Assembly (NCBI GenBank): GCA_030141605.1
Contig: JAQGDQ010000030.1
Span: forward strand, 603,171 to 667,170
Direction of reading: 5' to 3'
Source of the DNA: Tubiluchus corallicola
Lineage: Eukaryota > Animalia > Priapulida
Length of the DNA: 64,000 nucleotides
Shown in pieces: positions 24,501 through 35,979 of the stretch. The position numbers were made by a program, and so were the translations under genes. The notes under the pieces are model-generated. The model did not search any database and was not told where the DNA came from. It saw nothing but the letters and a program-made list of their open reading frames with translations. Each line of letters opens with the position of its first letter. The first letter of the stretch is position 1.

Positions 24501-27500
24501 TGTGACCGTTAGCTACCGAAATATGTGTCAAAATTACACTTTTGATTACATTACCAAAGGACATAAAAAATATAGAAAAAAGAGGCTTTCTAGACTCCTA
24601 ATATAGTTTTCTTTGAAGTTTTCTCCTGAGCTGCTTCTTAATAGAAGTTTTTATCCAACATTACTTTTCTTATGTAGTTACACTGTAAACTGTGTAATTA
24701 AAAGTAACTATATTTGCTGCATTCTTATCTATACTATTATATAGCTAGCTAACATTTCACAATCAGCCTTGTTTGTTTTGTTGTAGATAAATTAATAGCA
24801 AATTTAAAATTTGAGATTCTCACACGTTCAAGGGTATAAACTCGCTTTACAGTTTCGGTTTAATCACAAAGTGTTTTCACTCACCAAAAACTCTTACCTG
24901 TAAGATATCTATATGGTATAAAATTTGATATGCATTTAACTTAGTAGTCTACAGATGGCACTATATACAGCTATACACGTTTTGTATAATAAATAATAGA
25001 AAAATTTACATCAGTTGTTCTAGCGTGGACTATCCCAGTGATAATCCCACAGGAATGATATTAAAACGCAAGAAAGAACATAAAACCTTTTTTAGTTTGG
25101 TGGGTGAAGTTGTGAAGTCGATTATGGAGTGTTTATTGGTAATTTAACCCTGAATTAGAGGATACAGAGGGTTTTCGAAGTAGAATTGGATGAAGGAATG
25201 CCTGAGCGATTATATGGTGTGTCCTTGGAGAATGTTGAAAGTTAAGCCTGGTCAGTAAATAGAAGACTGAACGCTAGGAAAGCGTCCTGTTGTGGTTACG
25301 TTTGTCATGTTGGCCCAGCTATTTACTTTGTGCAGGGCTCGTGCTGTGAAACACAGGGCCCAATTAGAAAATTATTAGTGGGTCCTTTACACCACAAAGG
25401 CTGTAGAACAGAGTACCACATTTAACAAACAACGCAACTTTATATTCCAAGCTTTACGTTATATAATCTCACTAATACCGCTGTTTCTGTGTTGAGGGTT
25501 TGAATATCGTCCGCACAAATTAGTAAAATTGAAATGCAATGACGATCTAACTAATGCATATAGGCCTCGTCAATTACCCTTTTTTAAAAAGGTAAATGGC
25601 GACGATAACTGAAATTACAAAACAAATAAACAAACGGTCAGCAAAAAAAACATTGAAACATATTCGAGGACAGATTGAATAGTTTCGCTGCCTTCACAGT
25701 ATCAAGAAACATTGTGCATACTAGACACTCATTAATTCATTAAAGCGTCCTCTCAAGTGTGTGCACTGGCCCCAGATACTACCAATTTAGACAAATCTGT
25801 CTATTTGGCCTTGACTTTGTGGATTGAGGGTGTTTGTTCACCTGAGCATGACTACGACGCCTCTGTTGGTTCAATGTCTAATCGTAGGTTATTTTTGATA
25901 GACAGTTGGCTTCCCGTCCTGCCAGAACCATCTAGATTAAATAGGATTTGCTGTACAGTGCAGAGTGCCAAACTGCATTATAAAAATCACAAAAGCTAAA
26001 ATTCAGTACATAGATAAATGTTAAAAAGATTGTTACAGTAAACTGCGATAGACACTGAGTGCAAAACAACTATTTTTCTTAGCTGATGTTTATAAAACAA
26101 GTGGCTGTCTTGAAGCTGCGTTATCTTCAACAAACAGGCTTCAACAACAAACAACCCAACAACCTACAGATCTGTTTCAGTAGTACATATACTATCTAAG
26201 TTTTTTGAAAGAATAATGTGTAATCAAATAAAAAATTATGCTGAAAACAATAAACTTCTATCAAATAGGCTGTTAGGTTTCAGGCCTTATTCTGCCATAG
26301 ATGAAATAATTGGAGCCACCAAAAATTGGCTACATAACTTAGACAAAAATAAATACGTCATGTCAGCTTTTTTTAGATCTTAGTAAAGTATTTGGTTCTG
26401 TTAATAAACACGACTTTAAACGAAAATTTGGGCTTTTTGGGCTTTGACAGTATGTCTCTCAAACTGCATGTAATGCAAAACTATTTGCAAAGCAGATGAC
26501 AAAGGGTAAAACTAAATATAACTACAGTCTCAGCACGAGATACACTAATAAGAGACATACCACAAGGAACAATTCTAAGATCTCTGTTCTTCTGCCTTTA
26601 TGTAAATAAATTTAGTGTTTTACAGAATTCTGGCAGAACACATTAATTATGCCAGCGATACCACTATTTATGCAGCACACAAAAGTCTAATAACAGCTGT
26701 AACATAAAACTTCAACAAGATATAGAACATGTCACTTCTGCCTTTGATTACCAATTACCATTGGTCTTCTCACCCTTACTAACACAGTAACAGATATTTC
26801 GTTAAAAGTAGGCAAATACAACGTGAAACAAACAAACACTGTGAAATTTTTAGACAGGATAAACTAAATTGACATGAACATCTACTGATCAAAATTGCCA
26901 TAATTATTAATAACCTAAAGGAAATTCAAACAAACAATAAATTTGGTCATAATTCAATAATTTCAAAAATCAACTCATGTAAATGATGTTAACTTAATTC
27001 AAATTCTGTACATCCACATCCCCGATAACTGAATGAGAATCTCTTGCATTACATTAAATATCAAGTTTCTTTAATCATAAATTTGCAACTCGTAATTTGT
27101 AATTATAATCCTGTGATCTGATAAGTAATTTTTGTTATGTACATATTATATTGATTTGTATGTAGTGCGCATATCGAGACAATTTGATTTAATTTTTATC
27201 TGACATATATTATGCATTTTGCTTATTCTATTGTGCCTATGTATTGTATTATGTATAGGATTTTGAATAGGCTTTAATAGTTAAACGTAGAATCAATGTA
27301 ATAATTCCGACCTATATTAGCGTTATGTGCTGCTAGAATTAATAAAAAACTAAAATACCACTAGAGACAATTTAAAATTACTTTCAAGTTACTCTCTGCC
27401 TAAACGATTAGGATCATGTCAAACTTTTTCATCACTAGTTAACACCATCCTACACCGTTATTAACACCATCCCAAATACTCGCATGTACACTTACCCTCT

Positions 27501-27568
27501 GCTGATTTTTGAACAAAAAGCAGCCATGCAGACAGCAACATCAACCAGCCTGCGCTACCACCCTCCAT
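15569..27568 (-). CDS. Adhesion GPCR: signal peptide, 2 cadherin repeats, FN3, 2 EGF, GAIN/GPS, secretin-class 7TM (~1045 aa, 12 exons)
   Basis: Minus-strand exons in order: 27496-27568 (MEGGSAGWLMLLSAWLLFVQKSAEG, signal peptide), 22237-23163 (cadherin x2 + FN3), 21742-21954 (EGF x2), 20826-20947, 20169-20312, 19470-19748, 19111-19338 (GAIN), 18638-18772 (GPS, CAYW..WDTYG..CHSNHL/TGFTILF), 18206-18330 (TM1), 17341-17603, 16986-17058, 15569-16124 (TM5-7, LLGVTWLFG, LNSLQGFLIF, TAA). All phases are compatible and the total is 3138 nt. Extra exons in the 4.3-kb first intron cannot be excluded. Confidence 0.9.
17021..17290. repeat. ~135-bp tandem duplication spanning the acceptor of aGPCR exon 16986-17058
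   Basis: actgatagtg..ctataatggc..aaaacagaagattt..ctgacacatgaa..gcttaacttatgactcct occurs at ~17021-17150 and ~17153-17290. Confidence 0.88.
20448..20788. mobile_element. hAT-type MITE (341 bp) in aGPCR intron
   Basis: TIRs tagagtggtcaga / tctggcaacccta (10/13 match) are flanked by an 8-bp TSD, cttgtacc / cttgtagc. Confidence 0.7.
26140..27050 (+). mobile_element. Degenerate non-LTR retrotransposon (L2/CR1/Crack-like) reverse transcriptase fragment
   Basis: Broken translations YRSVSVVHILSKFFERIM..NNKLL...GFR, FLDLSKVFGSVN and DIPQGTILRSLFFCLYVNK match the RT motifs NYRPIS, GFR, FLDLSKAFD and GVPQGSILGPLLF. Confidence 0.8.
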
Positions 27569-27790
27569 GTCTGGAATTTTCCCAGTTTTCCACGAGGCGA
27601 GTCTCTGTGTTTTGACTGAAAGCACTCCTCTTTCGACACTTCACCAACTCCGCCGCTTCAACCAACTCTAAAAACAAGAGCAGAGATTCCTGAGCACTCA
27701 TGAGGTACGCCAAACATCTGTAATGAGACGCATTGGGATGCAAATTCCGCCCTATGCTACGCGCGTTTGTTTTAAGGATTAATTATAGTT
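27569..27790 (-). promoter_or_regulatory. Putative 5'UTR/proximal promoter of the adhesion GPCR
   Basis: CpG-richer stretch upstream of the signal-peptide exon, with an octamer ATGCAAAT (27738-27745) and an adjacent GC-box-like ccgcc. The TSS is unknown. Confidence 0.35.
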
Positions 27791-28524
27791 GTTGACTCAG
27801 GCTTTCGGGGCTGGTGGGATGCATAATCGTGGATTAACTGAAAAAAAGGGAAAAGTATAAGTCATCCTTCACTGCAGTTCTTGTGATCTCCTTTTTATCC
27901 AACACCCTACACGTCAGCAGTTTCATTAAATCCGGCTACATTCCTAAGTACTGTACTTCCGAACATTTCTCCTAAGACATGTTATTGCGTTCTGCATAAT
28001 TGGTTTGACTGTCTGTAACCTCTAGAGTGGTACTCACTCTGCACCCTTGGTGAATTTTTCACCTTTATAAACTTTTTCGTTAATACCAGGCAGAAAATTA
28101 CACGAATACGGGGACTGGAAGGTTAAAAGTCAAAGGTCACTGTAGTTTGAAGCTGATGTCGTTAAAACCTAGCGGGGATGTATAGTTTGAAATATTTTTT
28201 GGCTAACATAAAAATGACAATAGAAATGAAAGATTATAGCTCTACATTAGATGTAGAGATAATACACAGGTTATTTTGAGGCATGAATCAAATGAAGGTC
28301 ATATGTAGGTTATGTGATGAGCCTGAGGTCAGTAATAAGTGGCTTGGTGAGAATGTTAAACGTGTCTTTGAAAGATTAATTGTTGTTTAACTCTTTGATT
28401 AGAAACATATCAAATAGTGACTGCTTGTTATTACAAATAAAATTAGAATTATTTTTTATATTGTCATTGATCTGAGCTCTGAAGATGACACCTAAGTTAA
28501 AGCCTGACTATTGGTTGATGTATC

Positions 28525-28875
28525 TCAGACAGAGCAGAACCCAGACAGGCCACGCAAAGCCCAGACCCCTGAATAGATCAAACTTCCGAAGACCAGACCC
28601 CAGACAGACCAGCCATAAATCAAACCATTGATGCCATAGGCAGACCAGACCATACATAGATAGGCTACAGATCAGACCACGGGCAGATCAGACCTCTGAT
28701 AAATCAGACTCCTGAAGACCACAGAGAAATGCCACTTACTGATCAGACCTCTGAATATCAGCTATAGACCAGACTTCTGAAGACTAGACCCCCAGAGACT
28801 GCAGTGCTGATATATCAGACTCCAGACAGACTAGTCACAGACCAGTTAGACCAAGCGACAGCCAGACCCACGTCT
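28525..28875. repeat. Degenerate ~15-bp minisatellite (agatcagacc-ctga-like units)
   Basis: Recurrent cagacc/atcagac motifs at regular spacing. Confidence 0.7.
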
Positions 28876-30859
28876 AGAACAGAAACAAACTGACCCACTT
28901 TTATAATTAGAACCCAAACGATGACGAATCGTATTCACAAACCACGACCAACGTTGCATTAATTTGTTATATAATGCACCCGTTTTTGCTACATGATGAT
29001 TGTTACGTAATGATGCAAAAATTGTTACATACATAATGCTGCATTGTTGCATAATGAGCTTCTTGTTATATAATGAACTTTAACAATATGTGCAGAGAGG
29101 CAGAATTTGTAATACAGCTGTAATAGTTTGCTACTGATAAGGAGGTATTTGTTGACAATGTTTTCAGGGGAATAACTTTTTAGCAGATAATTCCACATAT
29201 AAGCAACCCGAGGGAAAATTTGATGTTTAATTTGTTTTACATCTAGGAATGTCCAGGATAGGTCTATGGGAAGCAGCATGGAAGAGAGCACTACAAACCA
29301 ATGACGAGAAGCCCTGAGAGCATACTCTGACGCAATAAAAATTTATGTTATATACAATTTTTTGGCGCCATCTACGGTTAAAAATGGAGAGTTATAAGGG
29401 TAAGCGTGGCATTATGTAACAATGGTTGTCCCTTTTTAATAACTTGTGGTTCGTGTGCACAGCAAGCACTACAAACTACCGTTGTTATTTTAACCTCCAG
29501 GGCGAGTAGAGTAGAGATTTCGGGAAATGGTTCATTCACATTTTCCACATCTTAATAAACATCAGAGAATGAAGGATTTAGGGTCTCTAGAACCAATCGT
29601 CGTTAATTGTTTGGAAATCCAGCGATTGTTTTCTTATGGCGTTCCTAACATGCTCCTCATACTGACTTCTAGGAGCAGCGGACTTTGCAAAAGCGTAATT
29701 AGAGTACCTAACTTAAGTGGTAAGTTTATCTACATACAATGGGCGACTGATTTTTAAGCCCCCTCGACGACGTCAGTTTCCCAGAAAAAACGATACATTT
29801 TTCATAAACTTGACGCCAGCTTAAAGGTTGAAAAAAAACGTGTACATGTAGTAAAAAATTTGAAAATACATCTACTTTACAGTATAGTACTTATAAGATT
29901 TATTTTAATTAGCTGAAGTTAAGGAGTCGCTATTGCCATACTAAGTTTTTGTGCTTGATATGTCTGAAACACGTGAAGACGTGAACCAGGCTTCGAGCAT
30001 TAGCTTTTGTTTTGGCCATTCATGGCGTAGATATATAAATTTTATTCATTTCGTTTCATTCATTATACTGAAGAAAATTTCTGGCTTTTCTTAGCACTAA
30101 TTTCTGAATATGAAAAATCTTTCGTGACAGTTTTATTCTCTTTTCGGCCATTAACAGTATAGTGTTCCGGTCTCTTTCTCCAAATATCCGCTCTGAAGTT
30201 AAACAGTTTACTGCAATTCTTAATTGCTGGCCAGTAAACTCACTGAGTAAATGGGATGGGGTAGGTCAAATACAACCTTCCCTAATGGTAAAACACAATA
30301 GCAGCAGCAACTTGTTGAGCAAGTTTCACATTCTTCAAAAAATTGATGTTTGAGCATGGAGACTGAGCATTGCATGTTGGAAACACGTGCGGGTGGGGTT
30401 AGAGTCACTCAACTTTTACCCGGATTCACGGAATTCAACACTTGCTGTTATTGTTATCATTAGAGTTGTATGCGGTTTGCTTGAGAATCAGGGGAATGGT
30501 GGATAAACAAACAAGATTTTGAAAGTAGCAGTTATTAACGAACCAAGTCACTAGGGGCCTGCTCATATTGAATGAATTTTTGTACTGAATTCACTTGATA
30601 ATCGATCATTGTAGGCCTTTTCATAATACATCACCAGTTTAGGAATTAAATAATAATTCACTATTTTTAAATCTTGTTGATGTGATTTATGTGAGATACA
30701 CTTCTTTATGTGAGATACTTACAGATATCACATATTGCTTATGAACTTATATCAAGGATTCCTGTACTGCAAAATTTATTTACCGTCGCCCATTTAACAG
30801 GCAACATTAGCACTGACTAACAACGAATAACATCTAGGATATACGTCCTAGCGTTTGCA

Positions 30860-30920
30860 AACGCTGGATTCGAACTCAAGACTGCGTAACTGCAGTCCGA
30901 AATCTAGACCATTCGAAACC
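30860..30920 (-). mobile_element. tRNA-derived SINE head remnant
   Basis: The minus strand has an A-box-like tggtctag and a B-box gagttcgaatcc at tRNA-like spacing, but no complete cloverleaf. Confidence 0.5.
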
Positions 30921-33900
30921 AAGACAGGCTTCTTATGTCCGAGATCGTTACCCAGTCAAAATTTGTGTCAGAAATGCAAACAAACTGCATACGTCTAGCC
31001 TAACTAAAGCAAGCTTATAAACAGCACACACGTGCTGGATTGCATTAATTGTTTTCTGATGGCTCGGAGAGTCAAGAATCGTTGATTTTTCTGCTCATAG
31101 TTTGCTAATCCGTTTTTAATTGCTCATAATCACCCAAGCATGCGCATGAAGCGGCATGTGTCATAGGTTGATGCTACATTGCAAGTTATACTCAATTTGT
31201 AACCTAACTGTAAATTTCATGCTCAGCATATTGGTGTCTAGTAGATATATAGCCTATTAACCGCCAAGGTTCAAATGAGGGCGTCTTGCTCAAATTCGAT
31301 AGCTGCTAATATGGAGTTCGCAAGATTTGTTTTAGTTCTTATTTGAATCTAATGCTTCGGGATGTCACTTCCCTTTCAAATGTCAGAGTGCTTGTGACCA
31401 AGAAGTGTGGTAAAATCGAAATAAAAATGCGCTCTGTACTGCATTTGGACGCTGTTGTTTTACTTACCAAAATATACTGAATTAAAAGGGCATGATTTAC
31501 AATGGTGTTAGTGTGCTCGTGTCAAAATTAATTTTGCATACGTATTGTGGCTACAGTCTTGAGCCTATGCGCTGATCGCTGGGTAACATAGCCAATATTC
31601 CTACTGCATTAACTAATGTTAGATGATAAATGTTAATTCGAATGTGTTCACAAACAAAATCACTCGAAAAGCTCTGAACAAGATCTGCAAAATCTAATTG
31701 ACACAAAAAGTTCATAAATTTATGCCAGCACTTTTATAATCTTGCATGTTCTCAAAGCGGCACGATCGTAAACGCTGATGTTTTACTTTCCACAGAGTAG
31801 CGCGGTGCTTTTTGTTTTTACACACTGTGGGTAATAAATACCATCCGGTAACAAAATCATTCACGGCATCTGAATCCTAGTGCGGGCCAGCATAGTTGTT
31901 TACTGTAAACATCAACGTCAGTGCGTCAATTTTCGTCTCAGGTCTTTGAAAAAAATCTTTGAATAGGCGAACAATGTACCTGAAAATTTCGTTTTAATTT
32001 TTATGGTACGAAATAGTGATTAAGTGGACACTTCTTCGTGCGTTTATATGATTTTGAAACTGAAAATGGTTGAAGCCATTTTGGTTGGACCGTCAACGCC
32101 ACCAAAACGAGGCTGTATTTCATGTATTGGCTTTAACAAACTTTCTCAGTTGTGGGTTCATATACTGATATACACCCTGATTCTTGAAGAAACAGTAAAT
32201 GGCATGGTACAGTCACTGATGCTTGCATAACAGAAATACACTGACAGATGTTTCATTAGTAAAACACCATTTAGTTAGAGGAGGCTTTTTACAAGGCATA
32301 AGACAATGTACTGTACTGATGAAATCTATGAGTGATTTTTTCTTGGTACATGATTGCTATGTATTGGTAAATATGTTATTCTGGCTAACTGACGCATTTT
32401 GGGTTATTACATATTAAGGATACGAGTTAACGTATTTAATGTTAGTATGCAAGTTGCGACTGACAAGCAGAAATTGTGTGTTGAATTTTTTGGTTGGAAA
32501 TAGATGTTGCTCTGTTAACTTGCTAGGTACTAACTACATGTATAATGATAATATCAAAACTCTATCAATAAAATTAACGTGGATTTTTTTATTTTAATCC
32601 ACTGGCTCGCGGTGAATCAAACAAGTTATGGTAGGTATCAAAACGGACTTTGAATAAGATTTTGAATAAGGTAAACTTTTCTTTGAAGCGGAACAAAGCA
32701 GTCATTGAGCTTGGGAGTGATGCTGGAAAGCTTGCCAGTGTGTGCATTGCAGTTGTTTACAGAGAAAACACCACGCGGCGCTGTTGGGCTTCGTTGGGTT
32801 AACGGAGTTTAACAACGTCAACGTCATGGGCAAAAAGCACATAACGGTCCTGCACACTAACTGAGTCATGGACTTGACTAACGAAATAAAATGACAAAGA
32901 ATAATGAAAAAACTATTTAGTGGATCATTTAGGTCTAGAGTATAAAATTATAAATCTGTTTAGCAGGTTAAATTTTTCCAGGGGCCTTGCAATCAAAGTG
33001 TGAAACTTAGGGTTATGAAGTTAGGAACTGACATTGTGCCATTAAACGTTAGAAATAGCCTTTCGAAATGGCGGTTTCTTGGAAAGAAATAGATTTTACT
33101 TTACAATGGGTTCCCGGTTTATACTACGAAGGCTAAAGTTTACAATAACCCACACACAAGAAATTAGTTCGTGAAACTAGTTCGTGATTAGGATTAGGGT
33201 TACGCTTATGGTTATAGTTGGGTAAGGGTTAGAGTTAGATTAGGGAATTGTAAACTCCTTCCAAAACTAATTGATGATGGGGTGGGGGAATGCTCAATTT
33301 ATTCCAAGAATTCTTCTGTTGTACTAATTAACGTTACAATCATAATATGTTCATGATCACGCACTCCTACCTATTTAAATATAACGTATAAAAATTTATC
33401 CTGAAGGTAATACTGGAATAAACCGAGCCGTGTCTTTTGTTTAAGGAGGTACTGGCTAACGTTACAATAGATTTCGTGTTTCAGGTGTTTCCTTATAATT
33501 CACAATTAAGTATTGTAAACAAATACTTTAAAATTTTCAGTGTCTGGCATCAATCTTATTCAAATGGTTTTTGTTATGACGTAGTTAAGTTTAATGTATT
33601 GTGTCGAAGTAAAGATTAAAAAAAAATAAGATCGCTTAGACTCACATGGCTAATCCTGTTTTTGGATTCACTTATGTTAATGTACACATTTCAAGTAGTG
33701 TGTCACATTTTTTCACATTCAAAAAATTCACATCAGTAGAAAAATCACACGATTTACATAGTCCTTATATAGTTGACCTGATTTAACAAGGTAGGTACAA
33801 GATATATTGCGGCGTTTAATTTTTAAAAAGCGGTGCTCTCAGCTTTGGTACGTTCTAACTTCAAGTTGAGGACGGTTCTAACGTCGAGTGACGTAAACTT

Positions 33901-34271
33901 GTTAACGATGTTAGTCCACTAACGTCCTTGTTGGTGTTTGTCCTTTGGTGCGGATTTTATGAATTAAGCAGATTGAGTGATGTGTTGGAACTCCGATTTT
34001 AAGTCGTCTGGAGTATGAACACGTCGATTGATACCGTCTGGAGTTTAACAGCAACTTTTTGACAACAACTTATACAGAATTTCGTAAAAAACTGACCTAA
34101 CCTATTCAAATTGAGATTCTATTTTAGATCACGCTCTCTAGATTAATTTTAAGTGAAACCATCTCTTTTCTAAGCTGCTAATTTCTTTCAAGGATCTATG
34201 CAAAAACTTGAAACGAGCATGTTTCAATGTTTTTCTTCACTGACTTGTAGTCATGCAGCTTCTTAAAACAG

Positions 34272-34474
34272 ATCAGTTTGCAGTGATGTATGTGCAGAAG
34301 TTAATTAGATTGATATGACGGTTTAATCACGCCACGCGCACCGCCCTTTTGATTTAGTTAAGTCACTGCAAACTGATTTACCTACATATTTTGCAAAGCG
34401 CACTGAGACTGTATAGTCAAATTAACCAGTTATGCACTTACACAGTCTCCGTGCACTTTGCAAAATATGTAGGT
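34272..34474. repeat. Two adjacent inverted repeats (hairpins)
   Basis: atcagtttgcagtga (34272-34286) pairs perfectly with tcactgcaaactgat (34363-34377). A 33-bp arm at 34380-34412 pairs with 34442-34474 with 2 mismatches. Confidence 0.85.
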
Positions 34475-35932
34475 TGAATTATCACTATAATATGTATATG
34501 TGTTATCGTTCTTTATTATAATCGTTTAATAAATTAAAAAGGCGTTTCAGTAGAATAATTTATCGATAGTATAGATAATCGATAGTATAGAATATAACGT
34601 TAAAGTGCTGTTTATTTCTAAAGCCTATAAGAATAAGTATTATTATCTGTAGCCTCTCCGTGACGTGAGATTCTCAAGAGCACTCAATCCCATTAAATTT
34701 TATCTCTGAATTCGCCACTTCCTATTCGTAATTATTAATTTACCCAATTTTGTGCCTTTGCTCGTCTTACTGGTTCTTTTCTCGTGAAAACAAGGCTAAT
34801 GTAAGTACTATAGTTATAATGCCGGTAAAAAGTCGCTTCGACGAGCGTCGAAATTGCAGACCTAGTCAGTATAGTCAGTGTTGTGCGCCCCTAGAATTAT
34901 AACATCACAAAGACATATCATCAAGATTTTATGATGACATATTAGAAGTTCAGTAAGCATTTACTTTTAGTGACACGACGTATCTGAGCTCACATGTAAC
35001 AGTCCAGAATTGCTTAGAATGTCATCAGATTTCAAATAAGAGCTCCAAGATTACCATAAGCATCTTGGTTTGGCAAATGTATATATCAGGAAAAACGTTG
35101 CAATACTGACCAGTGATAACCCATAAATGTGCGCCTCTTGCAACGTTAGTAAAATCGATAAATTAATCAACCCCCTTATATTAGTCTTGTATAAATCGTG
35201 TTAAATTTTAACAAAGTATTAAAATTTGATAAACACTGTAGGTTTCTTAAATAAACTTTTCACACCATTAGAGATCAAGCGAAATTTGCACGCCTTACTT
35301 TTTAATTTTCGATCGCGAGCTTTGCTTTGTTGTTCGCAGCTAGTTTATAATTTTTGCTGATTTGTGTTAGGCATGTTACAGTAGCAGGCCTAACTAGTAA
35401 GAACAAAATTAAAGACTATAATAACATGTATTACTGTATAACGATTTCTCTAAGAACGCAATTAATTGTATTATTGCTAAGTATAATTAAAAAAACTTAC
35501 CCGATATGAATTTTTTCCTGTTTATTGATAATTAGATCGAAATTTGTACGGCAATCTTCCAATAGGAACTTTCAATTTTGTAGGCGAGTGCTGCTTTCGG
35601 TGAGTCTAACTTCGGTTGGCTTTCTACGAGGTCTAACAAACAGTCTAATCAGAAGGAACTCTTTACTTGGTTTTTAGACATTGAATGGAAAAAACGGAAA
35701 TTTACGTTGGCTGTCGAGCTAATGAAACAAGTCGCATAATTTTAACGCAATGCTGTCGACAATTTCGTCACAGTTTTGGCTACACTACATTAATCTACTG
35801 ATACGAATTCGTTTCATCTGATCCATTCCTGTTTTTGGATCTGTACGGTTATTTCATAGTACGCATGCGTTAAATGTTGTATTGAGATTGGAACTACTCT
35901 TCGTTCAATTTCTGCAATAACAGCAGAGCAAC

Positions 35933-35948
35933 GTACTACTACTACTAC

Positions 35949-35978
<30 letters not shown>
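35933..35978. repeat. (TAC)n(TAT)n microsatellite
   Basis: Directly visible. Confidence 0.9.

Positions 35979-35979
<1 letters not shown>

Noticed and set aside
24728-25060. Further Helitron (tctatactattatata 5'-like end)
   Set aside because: No convincing hairpin-CTRR 3' end could be paired with it.
25757-25999. 80-aa ORF in aGPCR intron 1 as a nested gene
   Set aside because: GTG start, no domain similarity, no convincing splice context, and adjacent to a LINE relic.
15569-27568. Annotation as CELSR/Flamingo
   Set aside because: Only two cadherin repeats, an FN3, no LamG or EGF-Lam, about one third of the size, and a 7TM that looks ADGRG-like.
30860-30920. Functional tRNA gene
   Set aside because: A and B boxes are present but no convincing acceptor or anticodon stems; better explained as a SINE remnant.
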